Source of the DNA: Eledone cirrhosa
Lineage: Eukaryota
NCBI GenBank assembly: GCA_964016885.1
Contig: OZ024741.1
Span: 250,666,001 to 250,730,000, forward strand
Direction: 5' to 3'
Length of the DNA: 64,000 bases
Shown here in pieces: positions 1 to 10,981 of this stretch (position 1 is its first letter; every line of letters starts with the position of its first letter). A model generated the notes under the pieces. That model saw nothing but the letters and a program-made list of their open reading frames with translations, had not been told where the DNA came from and did no database searches. Made by a program: the position numbers and the translations under genes.

Positions 1-326
1 GTCATTAAAAACTACACTGAAAACCCATTAAACCCCTATTAAAAGCGCACCCAAAACTTTATAAAAAAACAAATAAAAACCCCATTAAAATACCATTAAA
101 ACGGCATAAAACACCATTAAAACTACATTAAAACTCAATTAAAAATTCCATTTAAATCTCCATTATAAACTCAATTAAAACTCCATTAAAACTCAATTAA
201 AAACTCCATTAAAAACACACACACATGAAGTTACATGCTGGCTTGCACACTTATAGCGATTGCTATTTCCTTTTAATTTCATTAAAACTAGGATGTTTTA
301 GAAAGATAAAAACAAAACTGAATAAT

Positions 327-457
327 GAAGAGACTAGGGAGGGGTAAAGAAAGGCAGATCAGGCTGTAGAGGACAGTAGGGGGAGAAGAGGGAAGAGACT
401 TGGGAGGGGTAAAGAAAGGCAGATCTGGCTGTAGAGGACAGTAGGGGGAGAAGAGGG
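327..457 (+). repeat. Tandem duplication of a 65-bp purine-rich motif, once per unit
   Basis: GAAGAGACT(A/T)GGGAGGGGTAAAGAAAGGCAGATC(A/T)GGCTGTAGAGGACAGTAGGGGGAGAAGAGG at 327 and 392, with two mismatches. Also at 6346, 12479, 18624, 24636 and 30582. Confidence 0.95.
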
Positions 458-461
458 AGAA

Positions 462-516
462 ATAAACTAAATTATAAACTAAGTTATAAACTAAATTATA
501 AACTAAATTAAAAACT
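462..516 (+). repeat. 12-bp minisatellite (ATAAACTAAATT) x ~4.5, once per unit
   Basis: Copies at 462, 474, 486 and 498, partial copy at 510; the second copy reads ATAAACTAAGTT. Confidence 0.9.
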
Positions 517-517
517 C

Positions 518-842
518 AATAAAATAAAATAAAATAAAATAAAATAAAATAAAATAAAATAAAATAAAATAAAATAAAAATAAAATAAAATAAAATAAAA
601 TAAAATAAAATAAAATAAAATAAAATAAAATAAAATAAAATAAAATAAAATAAAATAAAATAAAATAAAATAAAATAAAATAAAAAAAAATAAAATAAAA
701 TAAAAAAAACTAAAAAATATAAATAAAATAAAATAAAATAAATAAAATAAAATAAAATAAAATAAAATAAATAAAAATAAAATAAAATAAAAAAAAATAA
801 AAAAAAATTAAATATAAAAAATAAATAAAATAAAATAAAATA
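518..842 (+). repeat. (AAAAT)n pentanucleotide microsatellite, variable length per unit
   Basis: Read directly; homologues at ~6537..6868, 12670..13000, 18815..19085, 24827..25123 and 30773..31128. It explains the FYFIL pseudo-ORFs. Confidence 0.97.
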
Positions 843-844
843 CG

Positions 845-1202
845 AACTCAATTAAAAACTCAGTAAAAACTCAATTAAAAACTCAATTAAAAACTCAATC
901 GAAGCACCATTAAAACACCATTAAAAACTCCACTATAAACCCACTAAACCCATTAAAAACCAATTAAAAATTCAATTACACATCCCATTAGAAATTTCAT
1001 TAAAAACTCAATTAAAAGTTCCATTGAAAACACATTCAAAACCCATTAACCCCATATTAAAAGTTCATAAAACTCTATTAAAAACCCAATAACAAACCAA
1101 TTAAAACGCCATTAAAACGCCACAAAACACAATAAAATGTCATAAAAACGCCATTAAAAGCCATATTATAAATTTCATAAAAAACAATTGAAAACCCCAT
1201 TA
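845..1202 (+). repeat. Degenerate 10-11 bp repeat, C/A-rich orientation (CCATTAAAAA-like)
   Basis: Recurring (C/T)CATTAAAA and CAATTAAAA words about every 10-11 bp; almost no G. Confidence 0.9.
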
Positions 1203-1204
1203 TT

Positions 1205-4200
1205 TATGAGCCTTTTTTATGAGTTTTTAATAGTGTTTTAATTCAGTTTTTAATTGCGTTTAAAATTGGGTTTTAATGGCTTTTTAATGGTGTTTTAATG
1301 GAATTTTAATGGGATTTTCGATGGTGTTTAATGGGTTTTTTATGGAGTTTTTAATTGGGTTTTCAATGGTGTTGTTTATGAGTTTTTAAATGGGTTTTTA
1401 ATGGAATTTTTGATTGCGTTTTTAATGAAATTTTTAATAGATTCGAGGATGTTTTAATGGAGTTTTTAATGGTCTTTTTAATGGCGTTTTAATTGTGTTT
1501 TTATGGTGTTTAAATGCGTTTTAATGATTTTTAATTGGGTTTTTAATGGAGTATTTTTAATGAGCTCTTAATGGATTTTTCAATTGGATACTTAATGGGT
1601 TTTAATGGAATTTATAATAAGGGTTCTAATTGACTTTAAATATGATTTTTAATGGAGTTTTTAATGAAATTTCTAATGGTGTTTTTAATTGCGTTTCCCC
1701 CCGTGAGGGTTTTAATGGCATTTTAAATGACATTTTAATGAGTTTTTATGATGTTTTAATGGCGTTGTAATTGTTTTTTATTGGGCTTTTAATATAATTT
1801 TGTATGAGCTTTTAATGGGGGTTTTCAATGTTGTTTTTAATGGAGTGTTTAATGGAATTTTAATGGGGGTTTGATAAAAAAAATTAATTGCTTTTTAATT
1901 TAATTTTTAATGCGTTTTTGATGGTGTTTAAGTGCGTTCATGATGATCTTTTTAATGGATTTTTAATGGGGTTTTAATTGAATTTTTAATGGTGTTTTCA
2001 ATGTAATTTTTAATGATAGTTTAATGGTGTTTTAATGACGTTTTAATTGTGTTTTTTATGGTGTTTTAGTGACGTTTAAATAGGATTTTTAATTGGTTTT
2101 TTAATTGAGTATTTATATGAGTTTTCACTGGTGTTTTTAATGGGTTTTTCAATATTGCATTTAATGAAATTTTTAATATGGTTTCAAATGGAATTTTTAA
2201 TGTGTTTTTAATTGGGTTTCTAGTGACGTTTTTAATGGTACTTTAAATGACGTTTTAATGACTTTTATGGCGTTTTAATGGGTTTTTTAATTGGGTTTTT
2301 AATGTAGTTTTTTAAAAGATCTTTACTTGGGATTTTATGGGTTTTCAATGCGGTTTTTAATGGTATATTAATGGAGTAGTGTGGTTGTTAATGGTATTAG
2401 TGACATTTTAATGTGTTTTTAATGGTGTTTTAAGCGAGTTTCTGATTTAGTTTAAATTTAAATATTTGATGGTCCTTCTAATGGGCTTTAATGGATGTGT
2501 AATGTGTTTAATGCAATTTTAATGGGGTTTAATGGGGGTAGTAGGTTTCAATGGGTTTTAATGGAGTTTTAATGGCTAGTGCTCTTTTTTTTTAGAGTTT
2601 TTAATGGTGTTTTTAATGGGTTTTCATTCAGCTTTTAATTGCGTTTTTAATTGCGTTTTTAATCTAGTTTAAAAATTGAGTGTTAATGGGTTTTTCAATT
2701 AGGTTTTTAATGGATTTATAATGGTGTTTTTTTACGGATCCTTTAATTTTTTATAATGGGTTTTCAATGCCGTTTTAATGGTGTTTTTTAATGGTATCCT
2801 TAATGACGCTTCGATAAGTTTCAATGTTATTTTAATGGGGTTTTGATTGATTTTTTAATGGAGTTTTTTTAATGAACTTTTATTGGGGTTTTCAATCAGG
2901 TTTTTAACTGAATTTTTATTGTTTTTCAATTAGATTTTTATGGAGTTTTTATGGGCTTTTTAATGAGTTTTTAATGGTGTGCTAATTGAGTTTTCAATTA
3001 CCTTTTTAATTGAGTATAAAATCGAGTTTTTACTAAGTTTTTAATGAATTTTTAATGGAATTTTAATTGGGGGTTTCCAATGGACTTTTAATTGTGTTTT
3101 AATGGGGTTTTAAAATTGGTTTTTAGTTGCATTTTTCAGGGGCTTTTAATGGGGCTTAATGGGGGTTTAATAGGGGGATTTAATTGAGTTTTTAATGGAG
3201 TTTAATAGAGTTTATAATGGAGGTTTTAATGGAGTTTTTAATGAAGTTTTAATGTAGTTTTTAATGAGGTTTTTAATGACGATTTTAATGGCGTTCTTAA
3301 TGTCGTTTTAATGGTATTTTATGGCATTTTAATGACGGTTGTAATGGTTTTTAATGGAGTGTTAATTGGTTATTAATTGTATTTTAATGGGTTTTATGAG
3401 CTTTTTAATGGACTTTTTAGTGGTGTTTTTAATGGAGTTTTTAATGGGTCTTTTAATGGAATTTGCAATGTACTTTTTAATGGTGTTTTCAATTGTATTT
3501 TTAATGACGTTTTAATGGTGTTTTTTATGGTGTTTTAATAGGATTTTTAATTGGTTTTTTAAAGGACTATTATTATGGGTTTTTTATGTAATTTTATAAT
3601 GGGATTTTCAGTAGGGTTTTTAATTGGATTTTTAATGGAGTTTATAATATGGTTTTTAATTGGATTTTTAAAGAATTTATAATTGCGGTTTTAATATAGT
3701 GTTTAATGGAGTATTTAATTGGTTTTTAATGGTAATTTTAATGGAGTGTTTAATGTGTTTTTAATGGGGGAGGAGGGGGGTAAAATGCAGTTTTTAATTG
3801 AGTTATCAATGGAGTTTTTAATGACATTTTTAATGACGTTTTAATAGCGTTTTATGACGTTTTAATGACGTTTTAATGGTTTTTTTATTGGGTTTTGGGA
3901 GTTTTTATGAGCTTCTAATTAGGTTTTAAATGGGGTTTTCAATGAGGTTTTTAGTGGAATTTTTAATGGGCCTTTAATGTATTTTTAATGGGATTTTAAT
4001 GTTTTTTATGGCGTTTTTAATGGTATTTTAAATGCTGTTTTAATGTTTCTTTTATGGCCTTTTAATTGGGTTTTTGATTGAGTTTTTAATGGATTTTTTT
4101 TAACGAGAATTATGAAGTTTAATGGGTTTCCAGTGTGTTTTAAATGAAGTTTTTGATAATATTTTTAATGGAATTTTAATGGCGGTTATGGGATTTTAAT

Positions 4201-4472
4201 GGGTTCTGGTGGTATTTTTGTGGGTTTTAATGGGGTGTTAAATGGTTTTAATGTTGTTTTACTTGCGCTTTCGATTACGTTTACAATTAAGTTTTTACTG
4301 TTTTTAATTGGATTTTTAATGGATTTTAATGTGGTTTTTAATGGAATTTTAATGGTGTTTTAATATAGTTTTTAATGGGTTTCGGATGTAGCTTTTAATG
4401 GTGGTTTAGTGTGCTTTTTATTGGGTTTTTAATGAGTTTTTATGAGCTTTTCAATGGAGTTTTTAATGGTGT
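1205..4472 (-). repeat. ~3.3-kb degenerate 10-11 bp repeat, T/G-rich orientation (TTTTAATGG-like); reverse complement of the C/A-rich blocks
   Basis: TTTTAATGG and TTTTAATTG words recur throughout. Homologues at ~7333..10589, 13463..16719, 19548..22771, 25483..28727 and 31591..34860. Confidence 0.92.
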
Positions 4473-4637
4473 TTATATATATATATATATACATACATAT
4501 ATATGTATATATATATATTTACACATATATATGTGTATATATATATGTGTATATATATATTTACACATATATATGTGTATATATATATTTACACATATAT
4601 ATGTGTATTAAATATATATATATATATATACATATAT

Positions 4638-4676
<39 letters not shown>

Positions 4677-4799
4677 TATATATATATATATATATATATA
4701 TTAAATATATATATATATACATATATTAAATATATATATATATATTAAATATATATATATATATATATATATTAAATATATATATATATATATATATAT

Positions 4800-4845
<46 letters not shown>
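4473..4845. repeat. Compound (AT)n microsatellite: three TACACATATATATGTGTA palindromes, then (AT)n punctuated by ATTAAAT
   Basis: Perfect 18-bp palindromes at 4520, 4562 and 4590; punctuated (AT)n at ~4608..4845, with length varying among units. Confidence 0.95.
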
Positions 4846-4846
<1 letters not shown>

Positions 4847-5045
4847 CACTTTCATGTTACACACTATATATAAACTGGGATTTATATTTTGCGTTAGTGC
4901 CATATTAAGCTGACAACGATATATTCGTATCTTAAAAAATATTTTTTTTAGATCACATTGTTCTAGATATTATTAAAATTATTAAATCTATTTTCAATTT
5001 GCACGAACACTTGCATATACTACATACATACATTTATATAGACAC

Positions 5046-5439
5046 TAACACAAATATTAGCATATACATAATTTCTTAGTCATTGAGGATGTGTTTTTAT
5101 ACATACATATGCATATTGCATACATACATACATACACACATACAAGCATATACATAGACATACACACACACATATATACACACACTGTATATATATATAT
5201 ACATACACACACACACACATATATATATACACACACACACTATATATATATATAGTGTGTGGTGTATATATATATATGTGTGTGTGTGTATGTATATATA
5301 TACACTGTGTGTATATATATGTGTGTGTATGTGTATGTATATGCTTGTATGTGTGTATGTATGGATGCAATATGCATATGTATGTATAAAAAACACATCC
5401 TCAATTACTAAGAAAATATGTATATGCTAATATTTGTGT

Positions 5440-5441
<2 letters not shown>
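5046..5441. repeat. ~396-bp near-perfect palindrome (inverted repeat, no spacer), unit 1
   Basis: Left end TAACACAAATATTAGCATATACATAATTTCTTAGTCATTGAGGATGTGTTTTT pairs with right end AAAAAACACATCCTCAATTACTAAGAAAATATGTATATGCTAATATTTGTGTTA; the centre is CACAC(TA)nGTGTG at ~5247. Confidence 0.95.
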
Positions 5442-5471
<30 letters not shown>

Positions 5472-5534
5472 CGCACACACTATATATATATATATATATA
5501 CATACACACTATATATATATATATGCACACACAC

Positions 5535-5589
<55 letters not shown>

Positions 5590-5591
5590 AA

Positions 5592-6235
5592 TCCCATTAA
5601 AAACCACATTAAAAATTCAATTAAAAATCTATTTTGAAAAACCCATTAAAAACCCCATTATAAGCTCATAAAACACTCCATTAAAACCCCAACCAAACCC
5701 CCCATTAAAACACAATTAAAAATCATTAAGAATGCCAATAAAAGCGCCATTAAAAACCACATTGGAAACCCATAAAAACCCAATTAAAACAAAATTAAAG
5801 TTTCCATTAAAAGTCCCCATTAAAACTCCATTAAAACCCCCATTAAACCCCCCCTCGAAAAGACAGTAAAACCTCAAATTTAAACCGAAATAAAAACTCA
5901 ATTAAAACGCAATTAAAAACTCAATTAAAACACCATTAAAAACACAATTAAAAGCCCATTAAACCAATTAAAATTGCATTAACACACCACTAAGGTTCCA
6001 TTGGAAAACCATTAAAAATGTCATTAAAAAGTACACTGAAAACCCATTAAACCCCCATTAAAAGCACACCCAAAACTTTATAAAAAACGAAATAAAAACC
6101 CCATTAAAATACCATTAAAACGGCATAAAACACCATTAAAACTACATTAAAACTCAATTAAAAATTCCATTTAAATCTCCATTATAAACTCAATTAAAAC
6201 TCCATTAAAACTCAATTAAAAACTCCATTAAAAAC
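5592..6235 (+). repeat. Degenerate 10-11 bp repeat, C/A-rich orientation (spans the arbitrary unit 1/2 boundary)
   Basis: CCATTAAAA words about every 10-11 bp, from the end of the AT tract to ACACACACATGAAG. Confidence 0.9.
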
Positions 6236-9200
6236 ACACACACATGAAGTTACATGCTGGCTTGCACACTTATAGCGATTGCTATTTCCTTTTAATTTCA
6301 TTAAAACTAGGATGTTTTAGAAAGATAAAAACAAAACTGAATAATGAAGAGACTAGGGAGGGGTAAAGAAAGGCAGATCAGGCTGTAGAGGACAGTAGGG
6401 GGAGAAGAGGGAAGAGACTTGGGAGGGGTAAAGAAAGGCAGATCTGGCTGTAGAGGACAGTAGGGGGAGAAGAGGGAGAAATAAACTAAATTATAAACTA
6501 AGTTATAAACTAAATTATAAACTAAATTAAAAACTCAATAAAATAAAATAAAATAAAATAAAATAAAATAAAATAAAATAAAATAAAATAAAATAAAATA
6601 AAATAAAATAAAATAAAATAAAATAAAATAAAATAAAAAATAAAATAAAATAAAATAATATAAAATAAAATAAAATAAAATAAAATAAAATAAAATAAAA
6701 TAAAAAAAATAAAATAAAATAAAATAAAAAAAAAAAAAAATATAAATAAAATAAAATAAAATAAATAAAATAAAATAAAATAAAATAAAATAAAATAAAA
6801 TAAATAAAAAAAAAAAAAAAAAAAAAAAAAAATTAAATATAAAAAATAAATAAAATAAAATAAAATAAGAACTCAATTAAAAACTCAGTAAAAACTCAAT
6901 TAAAAACTCAATTAAAAACTCAATCGAAGCACCATTAAAACACCATTAAAAACTCCACTATAAACCCACTAAACCCATTAAAAACCAATTAAAAATTCAA
7001 TTACACATCCCATTAGAAATTTCATTAAAAACTCAATTAAAAGTTCCATTGAAAACACATTCAAAACCCATTAACCCCATATTAAAAGTTCATAAAACTC
7101 TATTAAAAACCCAATAACAAACCAATTAAAACGCCATTAAAACGCCACAAAACACAATAAAATGTCATAAAAACGCCATTAAAACATCACAAAAAGCCCA
7201 ATTAAAAAACCATTAATAATGTCATTAAAAATTCCATAAAAATCCATTAAAAACTCCACTAAAAGCCCATTAAAAAGTTCATTAAAAGCCATATTATAAA
7301 TTTCATAAAAAACAATTGAAAACCCCATTATTTATGAGCCTTTTTTTATGAGTTTTTAATAGTGTTTTAATTCAGTTTTTAATTGCGTTTAAAATTGGGT
7401 TTTAATGGCTTTTTAATGGTGTTTTAATGGGATTTTCGATGGTGTTTAATGGGTTTTTTATGGAGTTTTTAATTGGGTTTTCAATGGTGTTGTTTATGAG
7501 TTTTTAAATGGGTTTTTAATGGAATTTTTGATTGCGTTTTTAATGAAATTTTTAATAGATTCAAGGATGTTTTAATGGAGTTTTTAATGGTCTTTTTAAT
7601 GGCGTTTTAATTGTGTTTTTATGGTGTTTAAATGCGTTTTAATGATTTTTAATTGGGTTTTTAATGGAGTATTTTTAATGAGCTCTTAATGGATTTTTCA
7701 ATTGGATACTTAATGGGTTTTAATGGAATTTATAATAAGGGTTCTAATTGACTTTAAATATGATTTTTAATGGAGTTTTTAATGAAATTTCTAATGGTGT
7801 TTTTAATTGCGTTTCCCCCCGTGAGGGTTTTAATGGCATTTTAAATGACATTTTAATGAGTTTTTATGATGTTTTAATGGCGTTGTAATTGTTTTTTATT
7901 GGGTTTTTAATATAATTTTGTATGAGCTTTTAATGGGGGTTTTCAATGTTGTTTTTAATGGAGTGTTTAATGGAATTTTAATGGGGGTTTGATAAAAAAA
8001 ATTAATTGCTTTTTAATTTAATTTTTAATGCGTTTTTGATGGTGTTTAAGTGCGTTCATGATGATCTTTTTAATGGATTTTTAATGGGGTTTTAATTGAA
8101 TTTTTAATGGCGTTTTCAATGTAATTTTTAATGATAGTTTAATGGTGTTTTAATGACGTTTTAATTGTGTTTTTTATGGTGTTTTAGTGACGTTTAAATA
8201 GGATTTTTAATTGGTTTTTTAATTGAGTATTTATATGAGTTTTCACTGGTGTTTTTAATGGGTTTTTCAATATTGCATTTAATGAAATTTTTAATATGGT
8301 TTCAAATGGAATTTTTAATGTGTTTTTAATTGGGTTTCTAGTGACGTTTTTAATGGTACTTTAAATGACGTTTTAATGACTTTTATGGCGTTTTAATGGG
8401 TTTTTTAATTGGGTTTTTAATGTAGTTTTTTAAAAGATCTTTACTTGGGATTTTATGGGTTTTCAATGCGGTTTTTAATGGTATATTAATGGAGTTTTTG
8501 GTGTGGTTGTTAATGGTATTAGTGACATTTTAATGTGTTTTTAATGGTGTTTTAAGCGAGTTTCTGATTTAGTTTAAATTTAAATATTTGATGGTCCTTC
8601 TAATGGGCTTTAATGGATGTGTAATGTGTTTAATGCAATTTTAATGGGGTTTAATGGGGGTAGTAGGTTTCAATGGGTTTTAATGGAGTTTTAATGGCTA
8701 GTGCTCTTTTTTTAGAGTTTTTAATGGTGTTTTTAATGGTTTTTTATTGAGCTTTTAATTGCGTTTTTAATTGCGTTTTTAATCTAGTTTAAACATTGAG
8801 TTTTAATGGGTTTTTCAATTAGGTTTTTAATGGATTTATAATGGTGTTTTTTACGGACCCTTTAATTTTTTATAATGGGTTTTCAATGCCGTTTTAATGG
8901 TGTTTTTTAATGGTATCCTTAATGACGCTTCGATAAGTTTCAATGTTATTTTAATGGGGTTTTGATTGATTTTTTAATGGAGTTTTTTTAATGAACTTTT
9001 ATTGGGGTTTTCAATCAGGTTTTTAACTGAATTTTTAATGTTTTTCAATTAGATTTTTTATGGAGTTTTTATGGGCTTTTTAATGAGTTTTTAATGGTGT
9101 GCTAATTGAGTTTTCAATTACCTTTTTAATTGAGTATAAAATCGAGTTTTTACTAAGTTTTTAATGAATTTTTAATGGAATTTTAATGGGGTTTCCAATG

Positions 9201-10725
9201 GACTTTTAATTGTGTTTTAATGGGGTTTTAAAATTGGTTTTTAGTTGCATTTTTCAGGGGCTTTTAATGGGGCTTAATGGGGGTTTAATGGGGGATTTAA
9301 TTGAGTTTTTAATGGAGTTTAATAGAGTTTATAATGGAGGTTTTAATGGAGTTTTTAATGAAGTTTTAATGTAGTTTTTAATGAGGTTTTTAATGACGAT
9401 TTTAATGGCGTTCTTAATGGCGTTTTAATGGTATTTTATGGCATTTTAATGACGGTTGTAATGGATTTTAATGGAGTGTTAATTGGTTATTAATTGTATT
9501 TTAATGGGTTTTATGAGCTTTTTAATGGACTTTTTAGTGGTGTTTTTAATGGAGTTTTTAATGGGTCTTTTAATGGAATTTGCAATGTAGTTTTTAATGG
9601 TGTTTTCAATTGTATTTTTAATGACGTTTTAATGGTGTTTTTTATGGCGTTTTAATAGGATTTTAAATTGGTTTTTTAAAGGACTATTATTATGGGTTTT
9701 TTATGTAATTTTATAATGGGATTTTCAGTAGGGTTTTTAATTGGATTTTTAATGGAGTTTATAATATGGTTTTTAATTGGATTTTTAAAGAATTTATAAT
9801 TGCGGTTTTAATATAGTGTTTAATGGAGTATTTAATTGGTTTTTAATGGTAATTTTAATGGAGTGTTTAATGTGTTTTTAATGGGGGAGGAGGCGGGTAA
9901 AATGCAGTTTTTAATTGAGTTATCAATGGAGTTTTTAATGACATTTTTAATGACGTTTTAATAGCGTTTTATGACGTTTTAATGACGTTTTAATGGTTTT
10001 TTTATTGGGTTTTGGGAGTTTTTATGAGCTTCTAATTAGGTTTTAAATGGGGTTTTCAATGAGGTTTTTAGTGGAATTTTTAATGGGTCTTTAATGTATT
10101 TTTAATGGGATTTTAATGTTTTTTATGGCGTTTTTAATGGTATTTTAAATGCTGTTTTAATGTTTCTTTTATGGCCTTTTAATTGGGTTTTTGATTGAGT
10201 TTTTAATGGATTTTTTTTAACGAGAATTATGAAGTTTAATGGGTTTCCAGTGTGTTTTAAATGAAGTTTTTGATAATATTTTTAATGGAATTTTAATGGC
10301 GGTTATGGGATTTTAATGGGTTCTGGTGGTATTTTTGTGGGTTTTAATGGGGTGTTAAATGGTTTTAATGTTGTTTTACTTGCGCTTTCGATTACGTTTA
10401 CAATTAAGTTTTTACTGTTTTTAATTGGATTTTTAATGGATTTTAATGTGGTTTTTAATGGAATTTTAATGGTGTTTTAATATAGTTTTTAATGGGTTTC
10501 GGATGTAGCTTTTAATGGTGGTTTAGTGTGCTTTTTATTGGGTTTTTAATGAGTTTTTATGAGCTTTTCAATGGAGTTTTTAATGGTGTTTATATATATA
10601 TATATATACATACATATATATGTATATATATATATTTACACATATATATGTGTATATATATATGTGTATATATATATTTACACATATATATGTGTATATA
10701 TATATTTACACATATATATGTGTAT

Positions 10726-10763
<38 letters not shown>

Positions 10764-10764
10764 T

Positions 10765-10803
<39 letters not shown>

Positions 10804-10928
10804 TATATATATATATATATATATATTAAATATATATATATATACATATATTAAATATATATATATATATATATTAAATATATATATATATATATATATA
10901 TTAAATATATATATATATATATATATAT

Positions 10929-10981
<53 letters not shown>

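Larger units (their letters stand above)
1..6019. repeat. Macrosatellite unit 1 (lacks a 103-bp segment)
   Basis: Anchor-to-anchor interval; lacks the segment seen at 7177..7279 in unit 2. Confidence 0.95.

Noticed and set aside
253-291. Possible Helitron 3' end (small hairpin, then CTAG at 288..291)
   Set aside because: The hairpin is short and AT-rich, lies ~21 nt upstream, and CTAG is followed by G rather than the T of an AT target; no matching 5' end is identifiable.
357-387. Similarity of the 65-bp motif (ATCAGGC, AGGGGGAGA) to the satellite core
   Set aside because: The matches are only 7-9 bp of purine-rich sequence and are not collinear, which is too weak to claim common origin.
5046-5441. 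Palindrome as the replicated hairpin telomere of a linear virus or plasmid concatemer
   Set aside because: Such junctions join whole genomes head-to-head. Here exact symmetry stops after ~200 bp per arm, units are head-to-tail, and no replication or resolvase gene is present.
1205-6235. Telomere-like G/T-rich versus C/A-rich strands facing each other (fusion-like)
   Set aside because: The motif is highly degenerate, matches no telomeric repeat I recognise, and is embedded in a repeated 6-kb unit.
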